Source: Oopsacas minuta
Lineage: Eukaryota; Animalia; Porifera
Direction: 5' to 3'
DNA: 64,000 nt
Assembly (NCBI GenBank): GCA_024704765.1
Contig: JAKMXF010000177.1
Coordinates: 310,001 to 374,000 of the forward strand
In this document: one piece after another, positions 11,454 to 23,551 of the stretch
How the letters are laid out: each line of letters starts with the position of its first letter
Position numbering within the stretch: position 1 is the first letter of the stretch
Program-made: the position numbers and the translations under genes
Notes under the pieces: generated by a model
The model's database searches: none
Told to the model about the DNA's origin: nothing
What the model saw: the letters and a program-made list of their open reading frames with translations, nothing else

Positions 11454-12787
11454 TCAGGGCGTTCAATAAGTCTTGCGGGTCATGATATATCTTAGGAATT
11501 AGTCAAGTAATATATCTAGCTTTCATATATTATAAGCTCATATAGTTAAACTCCATATACTGAAAGTTTCAAACTTATTCAATACAAATTATGAATTTTT
11601 GAGATAGTTACGTGTTAGTCAATTTATACCCACTGTTGAATTTATGGCTTCAAAGGATGATAATTTCAACCTCAAATGGCGAGCTTACATAGATTTTCGC
11701 ACAATACTCAAGATCCAGCCCGTACAGATCTTCAGCGAGTTACAGGAGATATTGTGCATGGATTACCCTTCCAGATCTACTGTAGAGCGATGGGCTGCCC
11801 GTTTTAGATCTGGTGATGCTGATGTCACAGATTTGCCTCGATCTGGAAGACCGGTATCCACCACCACTTCAGAGAATATCACACTCATTGAAAGTATGGT
11901 CATGGAAGACAAGTGCATTACTGTCAATCAGTTAGAACAAAGTATGGAGATTTCATCGGGAGCTATTCATACAATTCTGACGATTGAGCTTGGCTACCGA
12001 TCGATTTGTGGGAATGGGTCCAGCATAAGCTCAGTGAGAATCAAAGGTTGGCACGACTGAATATTGCCAAGAAACTCTTGGTAACTTATGAGAACTGCGA
12101 TTCTAGACGCCTAACAGAGATTATTACTGGTGACGAGACGTGGGTGTACTATTCAACACCATATAGCAAGTATAAGAAGCGATCATGGGTGAGGGGCGAC
12201 GAACAACCAGCGAAAATTCCTAGGCCTGACTTCAGAAAACCTAAGATTATGTATACCATCTTCTTCAGTAGTCATGGAATTGTCTTGCAATTACCTGGTG
12301 AGAGTGGCAAGGCTGGTACTGCTACTTTCTTTACAGAACAAGTGCTTCCAAATTTGATAAAAAATATAGAAAAGTACCGCCAGAAAACCGGAACTCGAGG
12401 AATGAAGATTTTGATTGATAACGCCAGTTCCCATACAGCTAAGCTTACCAAAAATTTCTTGGATGTAGAAGGGTTAGAATTACTTCCCCATCCACCATAC
12501 TCACCAGACCTAGCTTCGTGTGATTTTTGGCTATTCCCCAAGCTTAAAATCTACCTTCAAGGCAAAGATTTTAACACATTACAAGCACTCAAAACGGGCC
12601 TGTACCAGTACTTCAAATCCATCCCCGGAGAAGAGTACAGAAATGTGTTTTATAAGTGGGTGGAAAGGTTAAACTTTGTGTATCTGCAGGAGGGGATTAC
12701 TTTGAATAAATAATATAGTGAATTAGTGTGTATAGTGTTTGTATCATATTCTATGATATCACCCTCAAGACTTATTGAACGTCCTAG
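11454..12787 (+). mobile_element. mariner (DD34D) transposon, full length, copy 1
   Basis: TIRs TCAGGGCGTTCAATAAGTCTT / AAGACTTATTGAACGTCCTAG with TA on both sides. Transposase 11644-~12707 has an HTH, TGDETW, IDNASSH and SPDLASCDFWLF. Two single-base frameshifts (near 12013 and 12672). Confidence 0.95.
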
Positions 12788-14018
12788 TAGAATGGTGAAA
12801 GGTTGTTCATGAGGTATTACTTAATAATATAGATTTCTCTACAAAAGTGACAAAATTTATGACCACCAAGGTAAAAATTCAAAATAAATGCTTGACAACT
12901 GTCATAAAACAATATTCTGTGATTTACATGGGTAAATTTGCAACAAACAACAAATTTTAAATTTCCGTAAATCTTTTCTTGACAACGGAGAAACAAACAA
13001 ACAAACAGATATACATACAACAATAGAGATTTAATAATATTGATTTGAATACTTTTGTTAGCTGGATTGTCCCAAACCCTTGAATCAGGTCACCTCTCTG
13101 ATACTGTCATTCTCTGGAAGTCTATAGAGTGCAGAGTGGCTTAATTCGAGGAGTTTTACTATACAATCGAACCTTGAAGTTTCGGGCAGTTTCATTGGGA
13201 GGGTGTCCGGATCTTAGAATTGGCCCTGAACTCAGAAGTAACGTTAACTCAATGGTAAAATAGAAATCACAAAGAATTTGTTTCATGTAGTTATGTATCC
13301 CTAGTCCAAAATCCACAAGTTACTGTTAGGCCTGTTTTGTAATATTTTGAGTCATCTGTATTAGTGGACTATGGATGTTCTATTAGCTTAATACTGTGAG
13401 TCATTAATCTTGCTGAACCATGAATGTTAGCCTACTGTAATATTTTGAGTCAAATATATTACATAGCAGGAACTTCGCAACCGCAAAAATGACGAATCAA
13501 TTATTACAGTGAATTTGTTACGTTATACAAGTTCATACGTTATTGTACTTGTACGAGTTCAAGAATGATAGTAACAGATAGTTGGATAATCCGCAAGTGT
13601 TTTAAGAAAATAGTACCTATATGTGACTTCATAGCCGATGATGTAATGAAATATCGATCGTGCACGTAAAGGATATTTATTTGAGTAGTTAATACTAGCT
13701 AGCTAATATCATTTGTAAATGAATTCAGTCTAAAAGTTATACACTACAATGCATAATCTAAATCCTAAATGTCAGTAAGGTCCATCTCATCTACCATCCC
13801 ATATGTTAAATAGAGACTATTCAACATTGTTTTCACTAGTTCGAAATGGAAACAAAATTTATGATATACCGGTAAACCTCTCAAAGCAGCAACCATCGGG
13901 AGAATGATTCTGTTCCGCTTCTCGGAGGTTGCACATATACACCCATAATATATTATTCAAAAGCTAAAATAGCATATATCGATACTACTACAGTAGTAAT
14001 CAGTTATAAGAACATCGG

Positions 14019-15725
14019 TTAGTGGAATATAAATTGGTTATAAATAGGTTTTTCTCTACTTGTGATGTTCCTATAACCGATTACTACTGGCGACCTAATA
14101 AATACTAAAAAATCACTGAGGGTTGATTGGCTCAATCCCAATCCCTTGATCTTGTACTCCACGCATGATTCTATCGTGGCAGCAATCCCCGATGCCTCCG
14201 CTTCGTGGCCACGCACTTCCAAGAACTTTTGAACGTTTTCCAGGGCCACTATCACCTTTTTATATGTGTTCAACACAAGTGAAGTATCCTCTACAATTTC
14301 TACGTCATGATCACTTTCAGGATCTGTGATCTCACCTTCTTCCGCAGGTTGACCAATATCTTTCAAAAAATTGTCTTCCCAATCGCAATCTAGATTTTGA
14401 CACACTGGTAGATCTCCATCGCTTTGTATATATTCATCTACGCTACAACCTTCATGAACGGTCTTGTCAATAAGAGTCTGTAGTCCTATTAGATACTGAT
14501 CTGATCTAAAAATGGGTCATTGCTGTCATCATTTTCGTTGAGTCCACGATTAATAATGTCCATGGAACCACTCAAAATGCCAGCATTCCTGAAACATTTA
14601 GAGATAGTTTCAGGTTTAACCATGTCCCAAGCATTGGCTACCCATTGGATTGCTCTAAGTACATTCACTGATTTAGAAACATCAGATGCTGTGTCGCATT
14701 CATCAATCTTGGCAAGAGCATATCTTAGAAAAAAACGGCGATAGTGAACTTTGAAAATTTGTATTACCCCAAGATCTAGAGGCTGAAGTTTGGATGTTGT
14801 ATTAGCTGGTAGGAAGCAAATGGTAATATTCGTGAACTTTCCTTGTAGATAGTCTGGGTGGCAACCTGCATTATCCATGAATAGTAAGACTGAGCAAGAT
14901 TCGTGAATCAATCTTGAATTTAATCGAGTAAGAATAGTTCTTAGGATATCAGCAGTCATCCAAGCTTTCTTTTGATCAAAATATATAACAGGTAACATAC
15001 TTTTATCCATCTTTCCGAAGCATCTTGGATTTTTAGACTTCCAAATGACCACAGGTGTTTCTTTTTCACCAGCAGCTGAGATGATCAGAGCCACTGTCAG
15101 TCTCTGCTTGCTTTTTTTACCTCCTGCACATCTTTTTCCTTTCTTTATGAATCCACGATCAGGCAAAGCCTGGCAGAAAAAACCGGTTTCGTCTAGATTC
15201 TAGATATCTTCTTTTCTATACCCGTGCACAATTTCTGGTAGCCTCTCCTTCCAAGAGTCAATCGTCGTTCCAGCTACATCACCAGATTCCCCACAGACTT
15301 TTAACTGTTCCGTGTTGTATCGTTTTTTTCCATTTCTCTAACCAGCCATTGCTCGCTTTGAAATTATGCTCCCCCAGGCGTGCAGCGATCTGCGTTCCCA
15401 TTTCAATCAGTTGTGGACCTCCTGGGAAAATCTTTTTCGAGCATGCAAGAGTATACCATTCATATAACAATCCATTGATTTCAGTATATTTTGATATGCG
15501 TTCCATCTTACCAGTGAGCGCTCGGCTTCCTGGAACATTTTTCAGATACAAGGACATGATAGAATCCTTATTCCTCAGTATTTTAGATATTTGTGTTCTT
15601 CCACATCCGAAAATCTCCTCTAAGGCTGCCATTTTAATTCCAAGATTCTTTTCACGTGTCTTGATTAGATTCACTCTCATTTGTAGCGTTAAATATATTT
15701 TCTTTTTGTTTGAGGTTGATGCCAT
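14019..15725 (-). pseudogene. Tigger/TIGD-like transposase (HTH-psq, CENP-B HTH, DDE_1; DD32D by hand count)
   Basis: FKASNGWLEKWK; I*NLDETG (in-frame TAG at a W position); LLFMDNAGCH; SKLQPLDLGVI. Frameshifts near 15325 and near 14490. Confidence 0.9.
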
Positions 15726-15934
15726 TCAAAAGTAAAAAAATGCTAAGACAAAATCAATATTGTATAATTATTCAAGTCAACACGGTATAGTAATCAAAAA
15801 ACGTTAGAAGAATGACATGAGTGTTAGGAATTTCATGGTCATCTAACATATAGATGGAACTACAATGTTACCAAGTATAATACAGGTATTCTAGTAGGCA
15901 CAATTCATATCAATAATCAGTAATGCTAGCTATA

Positions 15935-17801
15935 AGGCCGGATCGAGAAAAGTATACATCGTCGCTTCAACTTCTACCTAAGGCAAAAGTTGCCTTTACT
16001 CTTTTCTAGGAAAATGTGAGACATAAATTTGAAAAATATTTCGAGTTGACCCTTGCGGTTTTATATTTTTGCTGTGTCACTTTCGCAAACTTGACTTTAA
16101 ATTGTCCGAATTTTCTAATTCCTTTGGCTTAGCCCTTTAGATATATTATTTGGTAATAGTAAGTCGCATATTTGCTTCCGAATGGTGTATTAGGCCAATT
16201 TCTATGTCCAAAGATACTAAAGTTATCAAGATATTTTTGCATATTCTATCATACCCTAATAATATTATCCACCCCCCTTTTTTTCCGAAGATTTGCAAAT
16301 GCATAATTCTTTACAAAAAATAGCTATATCCTCACCAAACTTAGTATAATTCTGTATCTAGATCGAAATTCATCAATAGATTTGCACAAAGAAATTTACC
16401 AACTTTCCTTATCTCTTGCTCTTAACTTAGTTACCATTTATCTAGCATGGAATTTATGGTCAATTATTGTATCTAAATAAAAACTCACTCAAATGACTCA
16501 TATTATAGAGTGATTATATTCCTATAATTTATGTATTTTGAATATGGTAGGATACACGCTTAGTATTGTAGTATTTCATCCTGTTTTTGGTTATCCTGGA
16601 CCCATCCCAGAAATCTACTCCCAATAAAACTAGATCTATACAATCATTATAGTATGCTTAGAAATGAAGATTCTAAATCAACTAGAGATGATATAGCGAA
16701 AGAATTAACTGAAGTATTAGTGCGTATCTATAATTTGGCTTCCATACCCACAAAACCAGAGCTCCAAATATAACAGTACACCATTTCTGATATTATTGAG
16801 AGAGCTAAATACTACAGAAAATGTATCCAAAACAAGCAATATCCTGACCGTGTCCAGCCAATAATTCCGAATTCAATGTCTTGTTCGACGTCTCAAGTTG
16901 CAAATTCCAAATTCAAGAATCAAAAGTTTTGCTCTCTCAATAATATCAGAAATGGTGTACTGTTATATTTGGAGCTCTGGTTTTGTGGGTATGGAAGCCA
17001 AATTATAGATACGCACTAATACTTCAGTTAATTCTTTCGCTATATCATCTCTAGTTGATTTAGAATCTTCATTTCTAAGCATACTATAATGATTGTATAG
17101 ATCTAGTTTTATTGGGAGTAGATTTCTGGGATGGGTCCAGGATAACCAAAAACAGGATGAAATACTACAATACTAAGCGTGTATCCTACCATATTCAAAA
17201 TACATAAATTATAGGAATATAATCACTCTATAATATGAGTCATTTGAGTGAGTTTTTATTTAGATACAATAATTGACCATAAATTCCATGCTAGATAAAT
17301 GGTAACTAAGTTAAGAGCAAGAGATAAGGAAAGTTGGTAAATTTCTTTGTGCAAATCTATTGATGAATTTCGATCTAGATACAGAATTATACTAAGTTTG
17401 GTGAGGATATAGCTATTTTTTGTAAAGAATTATGCATTTGCAAATCTTCGGAAAAAAAGGGGGGTGGATAATATTATTAGGGTATGATAGAATATGCAAA
17501 AATATCTTGATAACTTTAGTATCTTTGGACATAGAAATTGGCCTAATACACCATTCGGAAGCAAATATGCGACTTACTATTACCAAATAATATATCTAAA
17601 GGGCTAAGCCAAAGGAATTAGAAAATTCGGACAATTTAAAGTCAAGTTTGCGAAAGTGACACAGCAAAAATATAAAACCGCAAGGGTCAACTCGAAATAT
17701 TTTTCAAATTTATGTCTCACATTTTCCTAGAAAAGAGTAAAGGCAACTTTTGCCTTAGGTAGAAGTTGAAGCGACGATGTATACTTTTCTCGATCCGGCC
17801 T
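15935..17801. mobile_element. Foldback element: two 871-bp inverted arms with a 125-bp spacer
   Basis: 15935-16805 is the reverse complement of 16931-17801; I saw no mismatch in the segments compared, including the C6T7 run. CTAGCTA sits on both flanks as a candidate 7-8-bp TSD. Confidence 0.95.
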
Positions 17802-17841
17802 ACTAGCTAAGGCAACAAATTCATGTACTTTTAAGTTGGAA

Positions 17842-18169
17842 ATGTTAGAAATCAAATCATTTGTGAGAGGTTACCATGCTTATATGGATATTTGGGCTCC
17901 AGAGGAAGGAGAACGTTTAAACTTAATCAAGGAGTCAGAAAATATAAAGATAAGTATGCAGTTTCAGTTATGAAAGACGGCCTGGTTGTAGGGCATGTTA
18001 TTTATAATCTTGCACCAAGAATTTCACAATTTTTGAAGAGAGACGTGAACAAAGCCTTTGCTGATGTTAAATCTAAACCAATAAACCGAGGAGCAGGTTT
18101 TGGCCTGAGATTCCATGTGTCTATTATCTATATGGACCCAAGATTTACATAGATAAAATGAAGGAATAG
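17842..18169 (+). pseudogene. HIRAN-domain-like protein, two frameshifts
   Basis: MLEIKSFVRGYHAYMDIWAPEEGERLNLIKESEN/DKYAVSVMKDGLVVGHV...NRGAGFGL/EIPCVYYLYGPK: the RGYH..W.P..GE.L...E..N..D..AV.V....VGH pattern of HIRAN domains. Confidence 0.75.
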
Positions 18170-18537
18170 TGGCTGCCCCTTCTTCAGGGCTCCTCTAATA
18201 ACTTAATTTCCTACAATAATGTAATGTAGATGATCGATTATAAATGTATATGCTTTAACTGCTTATATGAAACGTTTTTAAAGAATGGTATGTATGTTGA
18301 GTGACTGTTTTATATACATCTGAATGATGCCGTTACTCGGAGGTAATTTTGTACTGAAATTTTCAATCGGGAGTTCACTTAACTGCCGCTTCTCAGAGGT
18401 TGCCGTTACTCGGAGGTGCGTTATTCAGAGGTTCAGCAAGTACTATTAGTATAGGAAAATCAATCGGTGGAATGAAATTGTGCCTCTTCTCAGAGGCTCC
18501 GCTATTCGGAGCTGTCGCTTTGGGAGGTTTACCTGTA

Positions 18538-19030
18538 CATCGAACTGTTGCAGGTATAGTTAGCTGCTTTTATTTGACTCCAGCGGACCTCATTAACACT
18601 GACTCTTGTAGGAATCATTTGCTACATATATATCTGTTTCTAAGATTGCAGAGACTGCGATTAATTCTACATCTCCACCCCAAGTAGATTTTAAAATTAC
18701 TGAGTTTTCATTCATCAGATATTTGCATGGGGTTGTTCTTTTCTGGTGGAAATACCATGCAAGCTGGGTTGCACCATTACTTGCAATAAATTTCGCAATG
18801 GTGGAGCGAATCTTAAGGTGTTCATCCTGATTACCAGTTATTATTTGTGATAGGCAGCGAAATAGGTAATTTCCAATCGCCAACGATCGTTTCAGTTTTC
18901 CAAAGTTTGTAGCTGCATAGTTGCTGTCCGACATAATTGGTAGGTTGATTAGATACTGAATGGAATGGTAAATCAAGTAATTTGCATTTATCTTGTTGCC
19001 AGGCTTCAGTCACGACAAGTATAATAGGAT
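18538..19030 (-). pseudogene. OTU cysteine-protease domain of the Ginger1 element (His motif at ~13810-13868, beyond the Tigger)
   Basis: YVGQQL...IVGD/GNYLFRCLSQIITG...STWGGDVELIAVSAILETDIYV; HFELV lies on the far side of the Tigger. The catalytic Cys position reads Tyr (GNYLFR). Confidence 0.75.
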
Positions 19031-19311
19031 TCTTATGTAGTTCAGGTGAACGTGTTGGCCACCCTTAATCAATAGTTTCCCACAACATTTGTTAAGATAT
19101 TGGAATGCCTAATGGAAGTAAGCGATGTTAAAGAAACAACTGATAATGATATATACGTTGAAAAATGAACTCACAACTCCATATAACACCTTGTCAGCAT
19201 ATCCAATAGCATGATCAAATGATAATTCTGGATAATACTCTATTGACCATTTTGCAGTGTGTTCCTAATCTTCAATTCTAACCGTAAATGTATGAAGATA
19301 TATACTTAGTA

Positions 19312-20604
19312 CAAGGGTTGTTCAATAAGGACTAATGTATCGAATTCATATTCTTGTTAATACAGCTCTAAGCCTAATTTCTGATTACAAGCCTAACTTG
19401 ATTGTCTAACTTATATACAATATACTCTTTACTCACTAGTATATTCTTCAGTATAAAGTTTCATTTGTATAGGCTATTTTTTCAACTAATGGATTTTAGC
19501 AAAGAAGGAAAACGACAAATAATTTGGTACCTGTGGAAAAAGGGGAAGACTGGCTCATACATTCTTCGTGAAATGTAGGATATTTTCGGTGATGAATGTC
19601 CTTCGAGAGCAACCATATATAGATGGATCGAACGTTGTGATAATGTCGATGAGGACCTCCACGATGACCCTCGTCCAGGTCATCCGACTTCCTCAAAATC
19701 CCGCAGTAATATCGAGAGGGTCCAAACAATTTTTGGACGAGGACAGACGAATAACCCTGCGAGAGTTAGAAGAGAGAGTAGGTATATCAAAAGGCACACT
19801 ACACTCGATTATCACTGAAGATCTGGAAATGTCGAAGGTTACTGCGCGTTGGGTTCCAAAACTTCTTTCAAAGAACAAAAACGCGAAAGGGTCAGAGTTA
19901 GCAAAAATTACTTTCAAGATACAAGGCAGAGGAAAACTTTTTGGATCGTATAGTAACCGGGGATGAAACTTGGTTTCATTATTATGAACCAGAGAGCAAA
20001 ACTCAATCGAAGCAGTGGAAGAGACGTGATGAACCTCTACCCATCAAGGTAAAGGCTGCAAAATCAGCTGGGAAGAGAATGGCAACAGTATTTTGGGATA
20101 GGGTAGGAATTATACACCTCGACTGGTTGCCCGGGAAGACCACCATAAACAGTGATTATTACGTTGACGAATTGAAAGAATTGGGTCAAGCGATTAAACG
20201 TGAGAGGCGAAGCAAGTTGACAAGTGGCGTATTGCTGCAACATGACAACGCAAGGCCCCATGTAAGCTCCAAGACAGTGACGACTTAGGATTCGAATGCC
20301 TCCATCATCCCCATATAGTCCAAACCTGGCTCCCAGCGATTACTGGCTGTTTGGAGAGATGAAGAAACCCCTTCGAGGGAAGAGATTTGAGGATTTCAAA
20401 CGGATAGAGTACGAAATAAAACAGTGGGAAAAGGGACCCCTAAAGAATTTTATACCACTGGGCTGGAAAAGTTACCAGAACGATGGAATCGATGTATAAA
20501 GTTAAAGGGGGAATTTATCGAAACATTTGATAATCAATTATGATAAGTACAGGTTTACTGTATAAATTATGATAAAAGTATCATTATTTATTGGACAACC
20601 CTTG
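19312..20604 (+). mobile_element. mariner transposon, degenerate
   Basis: TIRs CAAGGGTTGTTCAATAA / TTATTGGACAACCCTTG with TA flanks. Transposase 19489-20543 has WVPKLL, VTGDETW, HDNARPH and SPNLAPSDYWLF; several stops and frameshifts. Confidence 0.92.
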
Positions 20605-20639
20605 TATATGAAGATATTACATATTATTGAAATATAATA

Positions 20640-20744
20640 CAGTGCACTTCCGCTCATCGGGACACCTCGGGGATTTGGCCAAGGTGTCTCAGTAAGATGG
20701 TTTTGTCCCGGTACGACGGTGTCCCAGTAAGCGGGAGTGCGCTG
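20640..20744. mobile_element. 105-bp pogo-type MITE
   Basis: TA|CAGTGCACTTCCGCT...AGCGGGAGTGCGCTG|TA. Confidence 0.75.
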
Positions 20745-21379
20745 TACTTAAGTATAAGCTGCATGAGACTATATCACTACCCTATATATAAAGTACTTAC
20801 AATATTAAATTCCGTAGAATCTTTGAGGAAGTGAAATAAATATGTATTCGGTACATAAAGGTGAAATTTATTGCGGTTTTTATGTAAATCTTCGAAAAGT
20901 TTTGTGAAAAATGTTTTTGACGGGATACTCTGATATAGTAGTAGCTAGAAATAGGATTATAGTTTGAGTAAATGACAGCCTCAATTTAATTGGGTGGCGA
21001 TTCATCTTAAGATTATTGAGATGTTTGAGGATACATTCTTCCGAAAAGCTGTATATATTATTTCTAAATAAAATATTCGAAAATATAAAGATATTATTAT
21101 GCAAATGGGGCAATTTAGTAATTAACGAAGGGTCTTACATTTGGTATTTTAGGAACTTGTTGTTGATGAGCTTTCTTCTTCCTAAATGTTTTCATTTCGA
21201 TATTTTCTGGCTGTGACCGTTGTAATTCTGATATAATATCTGTACTATCCTATTGAGGTAATTAGAAATTAATAACACATTCGTATACTCTCTCTCCTGA
21301 TCACATCTTGAGAGATTGAGACAACGAATTTGTCGATTACCTTACTATCCTGCTGTAAGTATTTTCTTGTTAAATGCAA

Positions 21380-22190
21380 GGGAAATTTTCTTGGTTTTGC
21401 ACGAGGATTGTTCTTATCAACTCCAAAAACATGTGATTTTGTTATTTTTAATAACTTTAAATGGGCCTTTATATTTTTGTTGATCTTTTGTGCCTGGTAG
21501 TGGTTTAGACTTTTCGATGTTATAGACCAATATCATATCACCCTCAATTACTTCCGATCTATCAATTACTCTATTAAATATTAGCCGTGAGATACAAATT
21601 ATATCAAAGTAATAGTGTACCTGTTTTGAACTCCTTTTTTATCAAATATTTTTTTAGCCTCAATTGTTCTTTTTCGATACTCCTTCTTGCCATGTCTAAA
21701 TTAGATTTACGTTGGTTAAGATTATCATCGATCCTTTCATGGAATTGATTTTGAATATTTCCTATTTCATCAAATCTGTCAATTTTTTCTGTATTATTTA
21801 GTTCTTTTTCCTCATCATCTTCTAGAATGTTGATAGCATTATATTGGAATTTAGTAAGGTTGAGCAAATACTCTGGCTGGACATCCCTTCCAAATATTAG
21901 TTTAAAGGCTGTAAAGCTGGTAGCTTGCTTTAGTTGTGTATTTACAGGGAAAATAGCTGACTGCAACTTTGACGGCCATTCCCCTCTAGATTCAATGCAC
22001 ATTTTCTCGATCTTGCTAAAAGTATGTAAAACAACAATCACTCTAGTTTGAAAATATTATTATATTGCATTCATTATATTTACGCTTTAATTATCTTGTT
22101 GTGAGATTCCACAAGCCCATTACTCTGTGGATAATATGGCCGTGGGCTGCGGTTATCCACTACTAACTTTTGTGAAAAACACCGAATTCC
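21380..22190 (-). pseudogene. Ginger1 integrase, C-terminal exons (catalytic E and GPY/F motif)
   Basis: TAYYPQSNGLVESHN (E at 22107-22109); intron; EWPSKLQSAIFPVNT...TAFKLIFGRD; GDMILVYN...KGPFKVIKIT (~21459-21467). Confidence 0.8.
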
Positions 22191-22238
22191 TATCAAGAAG
22201 AGGATATTCTGTAATTATTAGTGAATCACTTAGACATA

Positions 22239-23549
22239 CTAGGTTGTCCAAAAAGTTCGCGGAATTTTATCCCTAGTTTGTGTTATATACACTCCATTAA
22301 TTAGCCTATTGTTTCGATTAATTCTAATATCCCTTACTCAATTATCCTAACTTTTGTAATCAAAAAGTTTGGTTTAGGTATTCTTTTAGCATCAATTACG
22401 ATTGTCGTATTTTTTTCTAAAATGGAGAACTCAGAAGATGGGAAACGATATATCATTTGGTTTCTCTGGAAACAAAATAAATGTGGAAGCGAGATTCTCT
22501 ACGAGAAGGAAAAGGTTTATGGTAGTAAATGCCCTGGTAAATCGATGGTTTACGAATGGATTGACAGATTTAATGATGGGCATTCTACTGTTGATGATAA
22601 CCCAAGACCTGGTCGTCCGAAAACATGTTCCAACCAAGAAAATATCAAAATTATATCAAACATTCTGATAAAGATAGACGTGTGACTCTGCGGCAGTTAG
22701 AGGAAGAATTGGGGATGTCAAAATCAATACTTGATAAGATTCTAACTGAACAATTGGGAATGTCGAGAGTTCTTTCTCGTTAGGTTCCCAAATTGTTATC
22801 TGAATCTCAAAGGATTGAAAGGGTTCGTGTTTGTCGCCAGCTCTTACGGATTTCTAAGAAGGAGCCAAGGTTCTTTGATCGTTTAGTCACAGGGGACGAG
22901 ACTTGGTTACATTTTTATGAGCCTAAGACAAGTTTACAGACGAGTCAATGGAAGCGTAGGCATGAAGCAACTCCTATTAGACCCAGAGCCGTCGCATCAG
23001 CAGGTAAACGGATGGCAACAGTTTTTTGGGACACAAAGTGAATAATCATGATTGATTGGTTACCTAACAAAGTAACAATAAATACTGAATACTATGTTCA
23101 AGTTCTGAAGAAATTGCGCGAAGCTATCAAGTCTAAGAGGCGTGGCAAGTTGAGTTCTCATGTTTTGCTTCAGCATGATAATGCTCCAGCCCATACCAGC
23201 AGGCGAACTTTGGATGAAATTCAACATTTAGCGTTCGAATTACTCCCATATCCCCCATACAGCCCAGATCTAGCGCCCAGCAACTACTGGCTTTTTTCAG
23301 AAATGAAAAGACCACTTAGAGGTAAACGTTTCAGCGATTTTGAGCACCTTAGGCCCGCTGTAAATTCATGGATTCAAGGTACCCCTGAAAAATTCTTCAC
23401 CACAGGAATAAATAAACTCCCATCAAATTGGAAGAAATGTATCGAGGTTAAGGGTGAATTTATTGAAAACTATGAACAATAATTAGTTGAGTATGATCAT
23501 TGATAAATAAAATATATTTGCAATTCCGCGAACTTTTTGGACAACCTGG
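22239..23549 (+). mobile_element. mariner transposon, degenerate
   Basis: TIRs CTAGGTTGTCCAAAAAGTTCGCGGAATT / AATTCCGCGAACTTTTTGGACAACCTGG with TA flanks. Transposase 22422-23482 has VTGDETW, HDNAPAH and SPDLAPSNYWLF (third D changed to N), plus in-frame stops. Confidence 0.92.
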
Positions 23550-23551
23550 TA

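Larger units (their letters stand above)
13869..18535 (-). mobile_element. pogo/Tigger transposon carrying a divergent HIRAN gene and an inserted foldback element
   Basis: TIRs CCGGTAAACCTCTCAAAGC / GCTTTGGGAGGTTTACCTG with TA at 13867-68 and 18536-37. Removing it rejoins the OTU motif (SSMYIINFVS-HFELV). Confidence 0.85.

Noticed and set aside
12006-12060. Programmed ribosomal frameshift in the mariner transposase
   Set aside because: No canonical slippery heptamer, and mariners are single-ORF; mutation or homopolymer error is simpler.
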